Assembly (NCBI GenBank): GCA_951406725.2
Contig: OX597817.1
Coordinates: 1,240,001 to 1,304,000 of the forward strand
Length of the DNA: 64,000 nucleotides
Direction: 5' to 3'
Origin: Octopus vulgaris
Lineage: Eukaryota
Shown here: positions 1 through 14,570 of the stretch, piece by piece
How the letters are laid out: each line of letters opens with the position of its first letter
How positions within the stretch are numbered: the first letter of the stretch is position 1
Translations under genes and position numbers: made by a program
Notes under the pieces: generated by a model
What the model was told of the DNA's origin: nothing
The model's database searches: none
What the model saw: only the letters and a program-made list of their open reading frames with translations

Positions 1-2395
<2,395 letters not shown>

Positions 2396-2416
2396 AAATT
2401 TGTAAATACTTTAAGC

Positions 2417-3015
2417 TCAGAGTGCTGAATCATCTTTTCCTCCCAAGCATTGCAACCAGTCCCCATGGCACCTCTCCACTTCCCAATCACTTTTGTTCGT
2501 ATCTAGTTTCTTCAGGTTTTCCTTCACGCAATCCTTTATACCTTTTCCTCGGCTTATGTTCTGGTCGCTTGCCAGAGTTGAGCTCACCATAAAAAGACGC
2601 TTCGGCAAACGCTAGTCTTTCATTCTAATAACGCGTCCTGTCCATCTCATTTGAGACAAGATAACATGTTGTTCAATTGAACTGCCACGTGCCATGCGCA
2701 AAACTTCTGTATCTCGTATGAAACATTCCCACTTGACTCCTAAGATATGTCTGAGGCACTTTTGATGAAATCTCTCCTGCATTTTTACATGACGCTTGTA
2801 AGTGCAGTCAATGCACACGCTTTATAAACACTGATCTTTGCCTGCAGGGAAATACCTCCATCCGCCCATACTCGCTTTTCGAGCTTTTCAAATGCAACAC
2901 TTCGCTTCCCATCCGATAGTATGTCTCTGCATCAAAACCACCATCTCTTGCTTCCAAGGTAAACATAGGTCTAAACGACTTCTAACCTTGTTCCATTCAC
3001 AAAAATGTTTGGTTC
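2417..3015 (-). mobile_element. Degenerate RTE-clade LINE fragment (RT C-terminal region)
   Basis: Minus-strand peptides QERFHQKCLRHILGVKWECFIRDTEVL..QMRWTGRVIRMKD and (L)PKRLF..KDCVKENLKKL resemble the RTE/BovB ORF2 C-terminus; frame broken by stops and frameshifts. Confidence 0.8.
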
Positions 3016-3032
3016 AGAATATATATATATTA

Positions 3033-3196
3033 TTCAGGTCACTGCCTGGAATCTAACTCGGAATCTTGGCGTTAGTAGCCTGCGCTCGCCATATGCCCAG
3101 GGTCATACGGCGTAGTGGTTAAGAGCGTGGGCTACTAACCCCAAGATTCCGAGTTAGATTCTAAGCAATAACCTGAACAACAACAACAACAACAAC

Positions 3197-3266
<70 letters not shown>

Positions 3267-3293
3267 GTAATAATAATAATGATAATAATAATA

Positions 3294-3351
<58 letters not shown>

Positions 3352-3552
3352 TAATAACAACAACAACAACATCGAAAAATATACATTAGGAATGAGAACC
3401 CAGGTTCGAATTTTTCCCAAGACACCTGAAGAAGGCTGGAGGGTATATCAGCCGAAACGTTGTGTTAACAACAAGCAAGATGAGGATAAATATCCGTTGA
3501 ATGTAAATAATGTAAATAATGCACATAACTCCTCATCTCTTAAATATAGAAG
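3033..3552 (+). mobile_element. Non-autonomous Penelope terminal-repeat derivative: inverted tRNA-like head + tRNA-like head + (AAT)n + hammerhead + tail
   Basis: 3033-3098 is an imperfect reverse complement of 3099-3178. A-box-like GGCGTAGTGG and B-box-like GTTAGATTC are present. The same unit lies at both ends of the Penelope ORF at 53.8-55.4 kb and at 42.1-44.3 kb. Confidence 0.8.
3421..3466 (+). ncRNA. Minimal type-I hammerhead ribozyme motif
   Basis: GACAC-CTGAAGA-a-GGCTG(gagggtatat)CAGCC-GAAA-CGTT-GTGTT: stem I GACAC/GTGTT, stem II GGCTG/CAGCC, palindromic AACGTT in place of stem III, putative GUU cleavage triplet. Confidence 0.75.
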
Positions 3553-4050
3553 TGTAGCACAATATTTCCTTTATTGAATTTTGCATTTGACCTTATCCTC
3601 GTATCCAATCTGCTCACCCGCTTTCGAAATGCTTTCCAAACACAACATGAGCATCACATTTTCAATATATTGAGAGATGAAAAATAATATCAGGTTTCCC
3701 GACAAATATCAGTGTCGTTGTGGCGTGATATATCAACATGATGGTGGATATCTGAGTAAGATAGCTTCAACATAAAGAGGTATGCAAGTCATATTCCTGA
3801 GCTGATGTCAGTAACCGTCGGGGCGATTGAGGTCTCAGCTCTGAAGTTCAGTATTAATGTATTTCCTATTGCCTGAGGCTTATTCCATAGTTCTGTTTGA
3901 ACACAACACTGCAGACAGCCGACATTCCAGTTTTCTTTTTTTTTTATTTCTGTTTTTTGAGTTCTATTTAACACAACCAATTCAGAAATTAGTTTCACTT
4001 ACAATATGGTCTGTCCCACTTTCTCTTCATGAAATCGCCGAGTTGCTTTT

Positions 4051-4466
4051 ATTTCTTTATTGACCACAAGGAGCTAAACGTAGAAGGGACAAACAAGGAC
4101 AGACAAAGGGATTAAATCGATTACATCGACCCCAGTGCGTAACTGGTACTTAATTTATCGATCCCGAAAGGATGAATGGCAAAGTCGACCTCGGCGGAAT
4201 TTGAACTCAGAACGTAACGGCAGACGAAATACCTGTTTCTTTATTACCCACAAGGGGCTAAACACAGAGGGGACAAACAAGTACAGACAAACGGATTAAG
4301 TCGATTACATCGACCCCAGTACGTAACTGGTACTTAATTTATCGACCCCGAAAGCATGAAAGGCAAAGTCGACCTCGGCGGAATTTGAACTCAGAACGTA
4401 ACGGCAGACGAAATACGGCTAAGCATTGCGCCCGGCGTGCTAACGTTTCTGCCAGCTCGCCGCCTT
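4051..4466 (-). mobile_element. tRNA-derived SINE family A, young copy with ~184-bp internal tandem duplication
   Basis: Minus strand reads AAGGCGGCGAGCTGGCAGAAACGTTAGC..GAGTTCAAATTCCGCCGAGGTCGACTTTGCCTTTCAT..GATAAATTAAGTACCAG. Body and tail occur twice. Many copies elsewhere in the window. Confidence 0.85.
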
Positions 4467-4512
4467 ACTTATAAACAAAAGCAACTTTCGTTGCTTTTGT
4501 TTATAAGTAAGT

Positions 4513-4715
4513 AAGGCGTCGAGCTGTAAAACTTCCAAATGTGAAAGCTTTGGATTGGCAGAATACATGTGTTTAATTGCATTACTTTACGTTCTGATTT
4601 CAAAACCGATTTCGACATTGCTGTTCATTCTTCCGAGGTCGGTAAAATAAAATACTTGGTGATTAAATCCACTAAATTCATTACACTACCAAGTTTATGG
4701 TTTTGTGTCTATCTT
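4513..4715 (+). mobile_element. SINE family A, old degenerate copy, head-to-head with the previous copy
   Basis: AAGGCGTCGAGCTG..TTTACGTTCTGATTTCAAA..TTCCGAGGTCGGTAAAATAAAATAC. Confidence 0.6.
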
Positions 4716-5864
4716 CAAAACGTTATTGTTGTCAAGCCAACAAAGGAAATTCGAAGTGATTACTTGACTAACAAGAAACAGAAGCCAGCTTTCCCTCAAA
4801 TTACACGCGGTAGGGCAATAACATGACACTTCCTCTCATTGATGTTGATATCTTTTAGAATGCGGGATATGCAACAAACAATCATTTTCTACTGATTTGA
4901 TGAGCATTTCTCCACCAAGTTTTTATTAGTTTAAATCATGCGAGCTACCGCTGCCTCACACGAAACATCTACACATTTAGTGTTCCTGTTTAGGTACTCT
5001 TAGTCACAAGATGTTATTTCAGTCATTGATGAGGAAACACGTGATGTACTCATTTCCCCCTTTACTTAATATCGACGCTGTCTACCATGCGACACTTGGA
5101 GAACGTATGGGGTTTTGTCTGACCCACTCTTTCAATATAATGGTTTGCGTTGAAGTTATACGTAATGGTTAATATGAACGTTTACGTAGCGTAAAAGTAT
5201 AGGAGTTGTTGCAGTTCTTAGTGAAAGTTGTGTGGTCAATCATTAAATTGTGTCTAGTATAATGAAACATTGGCGAGGAGCAGAGACTCAAGCATTCATG
5301 ACTGAGGAAGAGCGTCAAACACCCTCTTATAGTCTAACCGCACTTTCAGTAGACTTCGGTGGTTCTACTTTACTTCCTTGAAGACATCAGAGTTGATGAG
5401 GATCTGTTCGTCCAGTTCCCATACACACTTCTTTACTCCAGCCTCCTCATCAGTCATCGCACTGTTTATTTTGCAGTGATCTTGGCGAACCATTTTCGAT
5501 TAGACAGTCTACAGTTTATAAATAACATTTAAGTAAGTTATGCTCTGCAGAATTTTACCACCCTGACCGAAGTATTGACATGCAACCGCCAGCCAATCGG
5601 TCATTTTGCAACATACGTGAGGCTAGTTTAATTAGAAGCGATTTTTTCATTTTGAAGAGATGCCTCTAAACCTTTTCTCCGAAGTATCAACGATTCTGTC
5701 AGCTTGTCGACTTACACCCTTTTATTAATAACAATGTATTCTAGCTAATATATAGGACAGATATATAGGAGGGGTAGGAGGAGGAGGATGAGGGGAAGGA
5801 GGAGCAATAGATCAACAAAGGCTTTGGTCATCTTTATGATTTCAATACCTGTGAGCATGCTTCT

Positions 5865-6020
5865 GAATAAAACAAAAACGAGCGAAGAACCCATATCTTC
5901 TGGAAACATTATTTTCCCGTTTACAATTGTCGAAGCATGTAATAAATTACCTGCTTCAGCTGCCAACTGTCAGAGAAGATCGTAGCCTTCAAAAACGCTA
6001 TGCTTCCCGAAAGTTGCACC
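5865..6020 (+). mobile_element. CR1/L2-type LINE 3' end remnant
   Basis: Translation FPFTIVEACNKLPAS..FKNAML resembles the CR1 C-terminal 'FF..RV..WN.LP..V..FK' motif. Confidence 0.5.
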
Positions 6021-6196
6021 CTTTCCTTTTTATGGCCCTTTTACTGTTCTATCTTTCCTATCTTTTCGTTTTTTATTCTGTGTACTATGTATGAACTTTT
6101 GGCTTCCGTTTCTGTTTTTCTTTGCTTGAATTATTTCTGCTTTCTGTATCCGATGAGTTATAGTCGTAGTTCAATTGAGAACTATAAGAAAAAAGC

Positions 6197-6227
<31 letters not shown>

Positions 6228-6639
6228 ATTATTATGTTCACCGCAGTTCATGACTGGTACATAAATTATTGATCATCACCACCTCCGCCGCTAGAAGTAT
6301 GGAAGCCAGATTTGACCTCTTGTATGCCATGTATTTTAAACACAATGGTTAACTTTTTCTCTTGTAAAATCATGTCAAGTTTGATGAGTGTAAACTGGAG
6401 ATCACAGTTTAAAAAAAGAAATCTTTACAAAATCTGTCATTTTCTGAGACTGATTAATACGCTTGTTTCAGAGTATTTCATTAAGTAGGTTGACGTGCAT
6501 CGGATATATGACATAAATACAACTGGTAAATATTTATTAAAGTGCCTCTTTAATGAATGTGAGGAAAAATTACCGTGATGATAATGATGATAATGATGAT
6601 AATGATGATGATGACCATCATCATCACTATTTCTACTGT

Positions 6640-6870
6640 GGCGGTCGACTGGTAGAATCGATAGAAGGTTGAAGGTATGACTTGCAGTGATTGTTCTTAC
6701 TCTTTATATTTTGAGTTCAAATTCCGAGTTCAAATTCAACTTGAGTGCAAATTCCTCTTTACCTTCTATCCTCTCATGGTCGAGAAAAAGAAGGACCAGT
6801 CAAATACTAGATTCGATATCACTGACTCACATCCTCCCTTAAAATATCTGGTTTTATGTCTGAGTTAAAA
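6640..6870 (+). mobile_element. SINE family A, degenerate copy
   Basis: GGCGGTCGACTGGTAGAATCG..GAGTTCAAATTCCGAG..CCTTCTATCCT..GGTCGAG. Confidence 0.6.
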
Positions 6871-7097
6871 ATAATAAATTGTATTATATGTGTAAGAATT
6901 GAAACCCTACCGGGTTGACATCCTTAGATACCTTCCAGATCGACAAAAAAATGATACTAGTAACGTAATGGTTACTTTTTAAACAACATATCTCACAGCC
7001 ATCCACACATTCTCCACCATTGGTTCCATAAAATTGTCTCATCTCTTGTCCAATAAAGTCATAGACAAAATTCCTTATTGCAGCATTTTCCGACACA

Positions 7098-7174
<77 letters not shown>

Positions 7175-7936
7175 ATCTGTGTGTGTGTGTTCGTATGTAT
7201 GTATACGATACAGACATTTTTTTTAGAATGCGATTGTATCCCAAACAAGGCTTGAATCGACCAGGTTAGCGTAAGGGATTACGAAGAAGGAAAAGAAGGA
7301 ATCCGCAAATTCAAATGACGTCGGTTGAGAGAGAGGGAGAGAGAGAGAGAGTGAGTGAGAGAGAGAGAGAGAGAAAGGGAAAGAGAGAAAGAGAGAGAGA
7401 GAGTGCTTAAAAGATTGAATGTCGTAGACCAGAGCAGAACAAGACGATACCAGTGTGTTTTCCAGAAAAGCAGCATTTCAAGGAAAGAAGTTATTTAAAT
7501 AAAAGGAATTATGACTAACAGGAAGCTCAACAGAAGAACGATGCCTTTCTCAAGTGGCCGACGCGTTTAAAGGTGTAGAGAGAGGCCATATGCTGCAGAC
7601 ATTCGTAAATTCACACACACAGTGTTACACGCACGTTCACAAAAAACATCACTCACCTACAAATAAGCTCATATGATGTGTTGTTGATACCATGTCTTTA
7701 TCAGTCTACATTGGCCATTCACCTGCAGATGCTTGTAAAGGCTCGGGCAACATTTGTTTTTTAAATGACTCAGCAATTACAAATACATAGACATCTTTTG
7801 TCTTCACGTCACCGGTTTTATACAAAAAGAAAAGCCCCCGACTTGGGCCGATATAGCACAGTAGTAGTGTCATCACAGGGCCATGCTGTCGTAACGCAAA
7901 GTGCCAGACCAAATTCCGTAATGTATCACAGCAAAC

Positions 7937-8254
7937 GGAGGCGCAATGGCCCAGTGGTTTGGGCAACGGACTCGCGGTCGGAGGATCGCGGTTTCGATTC
8001 CCAGACCGGGTGTTGTGTGTGTTTATTGAGCGAAAAAATCTAAGGCTCCACGAGGCTCAGTCAGGGGGTGGTAGCGACCCCTGTTGTACTCTTTCGCCCC
8101 AACTTTCTCTCCACTCTCTCTTCCTGTTTCTTGAGTAACGCTGCGATGGACTGGCGTCCCGTCCAGCTGGGGCAACACATACGCCCCAGAAACCGGGAAA
8201 CCGGGTCCATGAGCCTGGATAGGCTTGAAAGGGGCGCATAAATAAATAATAAAT
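7937..8254 (+). mobile_element. tRNA-derived SINE family B
   Basis: GGAGGCGCAATGGCCCAGTGGTT (A box)..GGTTTCGATTCCC (B box), body GCGATGGACTGGCGTCCCGTCCAG, (AAAT)n tail. Related copies at 35.8 and 44.8 kb. Confidence 0.85.
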
Positions 8255-8858
8255 TACAGCAAACTCTCTCTCACTTCTGTTAATCCACCGGCCAGGGTTA
8301 GAACAGGTTTCTCGATCAGCCCCTACAGAAAAAAAGTAGAAAAGAGAAGCTCACCTTGGTGAGATTTGAAATCAGAGCATAAAGATGCCGAAATATGATA
8401 CCGCAACACTCCAGCATTCTTAGCAACACTCAGGCAACAGTGTCAATTCGACGCTTTTAACGAGTTCATGATAGAAATAGTTTATCAGAACTATTGTAGG
8501 GAACCTTTCAGTCATGGTCCGTCCGTGTGTTTCTTGCACAAACATGATCGTTTATGTGTATGTGTGTGTATATGTGTGTATGTGTGCATATGCGTGTTTG
8601 TGTGTGTGTGTGTGTATCTATTTCAATTTGGTTAACACTCTAATAAGCTGTGTGTGCGAAGTAGTTAAACTTCTGATAATCTATTTCCTGTCTTTATGCT
8701 ATTCCACTACCAATATATACAGTAGAGTCATTCATGCGCCTTCATCTTGCTCTCCCTACCCCATCCACTGCGCCGAACTATGAGCACCCCATTAATTTCA
8801 ATCCAACCCAAACTAAGTTTTACTAAGTGGTTGCTTGACTGATACCGTTACAAACTAT

Positions 8859-8935
<77 letters not shown>

Positions 8936-9233
8936 ATATATATATATACCTCTGTGTGAGTGTATATATATATATATATACAGATCAAACATTTTAATAT
9001 GTATGTATATGTGTATTTTATCTAGGAATATGTGTGCGAATGTATGTGTGAATGTGAGTATGTGTTTTAGTGTAGATATTCATATGTGTAGAAATGTATG
9101 CGCATAGGCATTTTATCATACATACAGACTCACATTTGCGCACATTATATATATATATATCATATTTATACATTAACGAGGTCGCTCACACATATTTATA
9201 AGTATGTACATTTATACATATAAATGCCTCTCA

Positions 9234-9293
<60 letters not shown>

Positions 9294-9331
9294 GTCTATC
9301 TATCTATCTATCTATCTGTCTATCTGTCTAC

Positions 9332-9408
<77 letters not shown>

Positions 9409-9510
9409 GATAGTTATATAGGTGAACGTCTGTTATGTAATATATACGCATATGCTAGTACGTTGTATTCGTGTATATGTGTGTGTGCGTGAGTGCACAT
9501 GTGTGTGTTG

Positions 9511-9561
<51 letters not shown>

Positions 9562-10639
9562 CGCGCGCGTGTGCTATGACCTGGTTATACTTAGTTGAAT
9601 GAATAATAATTGGAGAGAAAAATATCCGTTCGAAACTCATTAGTCTTGGTTCTAATTCAACAAACAGATATGAGGCAGCATGCAGTAGGCTGAGAGAGGA
9701 AAGTAGCTAGTTCAAACCCAGCTGGAAGCCTAGATATCACAACAAATTAGCGGTCTATTTTCTCTTTCAGTGATGTTGCTACTTTTCTGAGAAAACATCC
9801 TGTAGATTTTCATGTGTCGTGCCTTAAGGCTCCTGTCTAGAATTTGTCAATAACTCGAGCAAGTGCTAGAAAACTTATCGAGTACATCGGATGCGAAACT
9901 GATTTTCTTACTGGATACACACACACACACACACACACATACACACACACACATACACACACACACACACATTCCTGCATGCATACACTTATCTATATGA
10001 GCTTATGTGTGTATGTGTGTTGCCATATCTAAAGTCGGTTGTACTACTCCTTCGAACCGAGGCTTCGTTCAGCCGTACAATTAGTTGGTCGCCAGTACAG
10101 ATCAAACAATTAAGAAGACATTTATTGATGTCTGATTTAATGAAGCGTTTTAATCGATATTTAATCCAGTGCCCTTTACTTATGAGAGAAATATATGTTT
10201 GAGACTTGCTTCTCTTTTGGTAGTTTTGCCTCAATGTCCTCTTGTATAGGTCCTGCTACAGACTCCATACTTGCTAAATATGTGAAATATTTCACTTCGT
10301 TAACCTACGATTTTCACCCACCGAAAACTTTGATTTCAGTTTTTGGAACGTTAAGCAAGCACACCTTAGCAACGCAAAGGCAATATCTAACCCAGCAGAA
10401 TATAAAGGGAACTGAAATAGAGTGCTAAGTAGAACTGTTACAAGAGGTTTGCCTCTTGCCACGGCCAGAATAATCAGGAAATTATTAGATAGCTGAAAAG
10501 AACGAATAGTATGGTACAGTAGGCTGCAGGTAGTAATCCTGCTACGCTTGCAAGACTCGAGGAGCTCCAACAAAACCTGTGATAAAGAGAAAATGATAAT
10601 GATAATAATGTGGGTTTTCATATAATAGTAATAATAATA

Positions 10640-10770
10640 TTAATAATCCTTTCTACTATAGGGACAAAACCTGAATTTTGTGGGGTGGGGGATAGTCGAT
10701 CACATCGACCCCAGTACTAAACTGGCACTTAATTTATCGACCTCGAAAAAATGAAAGGCAAAGTCGATAC
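10640..10770 (-). mobile_element. SINE family A, 3' fragment
   Basis: ATCGACCCCAGTACTAAACTGGCACTTAATTTATCGACCTCGAAAAAATGAAAGGCAAAGTCGA. Confidence 0.7.
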
Positions 10771-11475
10771 ACACACGCACACGCACACACACACACACAC
10801 ACACATGCAAGTGCACATATTATGAAGTCATTTTGTAGAACTATATTACTTAAAGTGTGCTCTATCGATTTAAAACGCTCGGATAATTTGGTTGGTATTT
10901 CTTGCAAAAAACAATCTACAAAATGCAGCACGGAATTTTGTCAGTGAACCGGTCGCAGTCTCAAAGTGACGAAAATATTTTGGCAAATTAAATTTAAATG
11001 TTGAAGTGAATCGAACGGCTTTTCTGTGTTTCTTAAATCTACAAAAGTTATAGTGAAATAGGAAAGATAAACAAAAGCAAGGTGAAATCCGGTTAATATG
11101 AACATTAAAGCTATACCATGTGAGTGGAATAGTAAAAATATTCAAGACTTTTGTAGAATTCGACATGTAACAGCTATTGTTGTTGTTTTCCAAATTACAG
11201 TGACAGAAGTTTTGTTTCTTTGTTTGAAATCATTACTCTCCTTCGCATCCGATGTACTCGATAAGTTTTCTAGCACTTGCTGGAGAAAAATATAACTCTT
11301 AAAAAGACACGTGAAAGCGTGCAGGCAGCATACTGGGCGTTAGGTATAATGATACACTTATAAATAATTAGCTTCAATAATCGTTTCTGCTGTATGTCTT
11401 TTGCTTGCTTTTCGAATGGGATATATTGCTTTCAAAGTTTGGCACAAGGCCAAAATGAAATTGTATATATTAGAT

Positions 11476-11825
11476 CAGGGTTTCTCACCTATTTTTTTTT
11501 TTATCAATGGACCCCTTTGATTACTATTTTATTCTGGTGGACCCCCATAGCCATTCCATGTTTAAAAACTAACTTTATAGAAACTTCTTTCAAAATGTCT
11601 ATTTTGCTTTACGCACATTAACTTGTGTAAGTTGAACTATGTAAAATATTAAAGAAACTTGGCTGTTACTTGCATTACATACCAATACATACAACTAAAG
11701 CAAGATTTTTTCAGGGACCCTTAAAATACTATTGAGGATTCCCATTTAACTATTTTGTTGCGTGGACTCACAAAAATCTTACACGGGCCCTCAAGGGCCA
11801 CATGGAACCCCGTTAAGAACTACTG
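11476..11825. mobile_element. hAT-type MITE (~350 bp)
   Basis: Imperfect TIRs CAGGGTTTCTCACC / GTTAAGAACTACTG, an 8-bp near-TSD TATTAGAT / TGTTAGAT, and internal GGACCCC subterminal motifs. Confidence 0.7.
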
Positions 11826-11885
11826 TGTTAGATGATAGAATTGTTTTTAATACTGTGCACTCTCTACATTACTTAAAATGGCGAG

Positions 11886-12631
11886 ATGTACGTCCGACGA
11901 AGAAGTGGTGAATGGTTATCTCGTGCATGTGTGAAGAAGACAGCGAAATATGGAGAAGGCAGTGTAATGGTATGGAGGGCGATCTCTGATGTTGGTCCTG
12001 GTCTTCTTATTCACCTACAAGAGATTCTCCGATCTTCGTCAGTTCAACCTCCTATCTTCGTGCAGAACAACGCTGCCTGTCACACTGCGAAGGAAGTCAA
12101 AGATTTTTTGAGTGATGAAGGGGTTCATCTCATGGACTGGCCACCTCAAAGTCCCGATCTCAACCTTATAGAAAACGTTTGGAAGAATATTGGAGATGAG
12201 GCGCGAAGGAGAAATCCAAAGAACCAAGACGAAATCTGTGGATTATTGAAAAACGAATGGAACAATATTACTCCATCATTTTGCAAGAAATTAATTCAGT
12301 CCTGTCATAACAGATGTCAGGAGACCATTGACAGTAAAGGGATGTTCACAAAATATTAGTAGTAAGGGTTTCTCCTTTGTTCTTGTTCCATTTTTCATTG
12401 TTTTTCTAAGTGACCCTTAACTTTTGGCCGTTGCAGTTTGGAAGGTTATTTGTTTATTTCCTCGTAACTTACGAAATATTTATCCCATTCACTTGAAACT
12501 TTTACAAAAGATAGATATGAGATATATTTAAATATGTGTAAAATATCTAGTCTCAACGTTTTGTTAATCTTCTATAATAAACATTTTAATACACTTGTTC
12601 ATACTGGCCCCTATATTATGGCCGCTCCTGT
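11886..12631 (+). mobile_element. Tc1-family DNA transposon 3' half: internally deleted transposase (11886-12359) and right end
   Basis: YVRRR..GE..KYGEGSVMVW..IFVQNNAACHTAK..DWPPQSPDLNLIENVW is the Tc1 DD34E domain with the second D changed to N. The DR-like motifs CCCTTAACTTTTGGCCG (~12415) and CCCCTATATTATGGCCG..CTGTA (~12610-12631) suggest an IR/DR end. Confidence 0.85.
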
Positions 12632-12705
12632 AGTGTTTACGAACCCCGGCTTTTTCAAACAAATGCACACAGCAACGAGAGCAGCAGCCCCCACCCCCAG
12701 CAACG

Positions 12706-12772
<67 letters not shown>

Positions 12773-13823
12773 TAATCTAAACACGCACACTCGCTATGAT
12801 ATCACAAGGCTGTCATGCGTGAATGGTTCATTAGAAGTATTTATTCCATAAAACTATTTACAACAATAGCAGTAACAACAAAACCAAAATACACAGAGCA
12901 AAAACAACAACACCAAGAACAACAATAACCACAACCAACAAACTGCCACCATCACTACCACCACAACCACAAAAATCACCACTACTAACACCACCACCAC
13001 CACCACCACCACCACCACCACCACCACCGCCAGTACTACCGCTGTTAGAATAGCAACAGTAACAAAATGAAAATCTCAAGTAGCCAACGATGTTCCCCGG
13101 TTCTTTCTGTTCCTTTAAATGTTTGGTAACTTTTTCTTCATTGTGGATAGTCTCTTGGCAGAATCTGAAAAGCATGAAATGGAATTTATTGCAATATTTT
13201 GGTAGCATCCCTCATACATCTTGAGTTCGAATCTCGCAGCGCTCCACTTTACTCATATTTTTCAGGCTTGATAAAATGAAATATTAATCAAGTATTTGAG
13301 ATCGATATAATCTGATGTTTCTTCTCCCAAATAGTGTATCCTTGTCTATTACATAGCATTGTAAATATATTCTGTAGTACAGCAGAGTATAGGACTGGGA
13401 ACGTGCTGATCTTATATCATAAAAGAGAAGCGACTCTCTATCTGTCTGTCCGTCACAATCTGTATAAGAGGAAAGGAAAGAAGGGAGGAATCAAAATATG
13501 TCACAATGTCTTTTAAGTAGAATGGGAAGAGAAAAGTTGTGGTTGAGAAATACAGTGAAAGAGAGAGAGAGGGGGGCAAGAGAGAGAGAAAGAGAGAGGG
13601 TGTGTGTGTGTGTATGTGTGTGTGTGTGTGTGTATGTGTGTGTGTGTGTGTGTGTGTGAAAGATAGTTTTTTCTCTCTGTCTTTTTTTGCGTATGTATTT
13701 CTCTGTGAGTGTTTGTGTGTGAGTGTGTGTGTATGTGTGTGTTTCTGTATGCCTATCACCATAGAAACAACGCAACACATACTTTAAAAAAACTTTCACT
13801 ATAATGACAGGTTGTTGTTGTTG

Positions 13824-13883
<60 letters not shown>

Positions 13884-14249
13884 TGTGTACGTGAAAGATA
13901 GAATTAAAATTTGTTTCAAGAAAAAGGGTGGAGGGAGAGAGAGAGGCATCGTGTGTGTGTGAAAGATAGATAGATCGGTAGACTGTTGTCACCATAGTAA
14001 CCGACTACGCTTTCGCTATATAACATTCCACTATTAATAGAAAGTACGTGCATGATTACCAAATATTTTTACAGGCAGCGTAGCTATGGCTTAGTAATGC
14101 TTAGTAATGTATTAAATGAATGAGCTGCTAAGAATGCACCATATATGCAAGTTACTTAAGCGCTTCACCCCTATGAAGCAAGCATACGCTCTCGACGCCA
14201 TTTCTCCACTGTTCGCGATTCTGGACTGTCTTTTCTGCGTCAATCTTAT

Positions 14250-14570
14250 TGAATCTTTGCTTTTCCAACTCTGCCTCAGTCTTCTTTCGGATTTTGCTGC
14301 AATTTCCCTGAGAAAAGGCTTTCTTTAACTCGTAGGTTTTGTTGGATTTGAATAATGATCAATGCTTCTGTAACTCTGCCTTTTCTAGTCAGGAATGTTG
14401 GCCTTACGAAGACCCATTTCTACCTCTGGGAAGCGGTGGTTCATATTAGCTTGGCCTGTATCTTCTGACCTGTTCAGCATGGGAGATCCCTACCAGGAAC
14501 TTGTGTTCTGCTAGTGGCATAGCTCTCAGGGTCTTCGAGGTTTACAAGCCAACACACTTCAACAAGGAAC
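14250..14570 (-). mobile_element. Probable RTE-clade (Expander-like) LINE 5'-UTR remnant
   Basis: Minus strand CCTTGTTGAAGTGTGTTGGCTTG..GACCCTGAGAGCTATGCC..CCTGGTAGGGATCTCCCATGCTGAACAGGTC..GGCCAAGCTAA resembles RTE 5' UTRs as I remember them; not aligned. Confidence 0.45.

Noticed and set aside
3099-3175. Possible tRNA-Ser(ACT) gene
   Set aside because: The anticodon and T stems pair poorly and the sequence is always embedded in the repeat cassette, so it is a tRNA-derived head rather than a functional tRNA. The SINE heads are rejected as tRNAs for the same reason.
5395-5460. CTGATGAG on the minus strand as a hammerhead
   Set aside because: No stem II followed by GAAA and no stem I complementarity.
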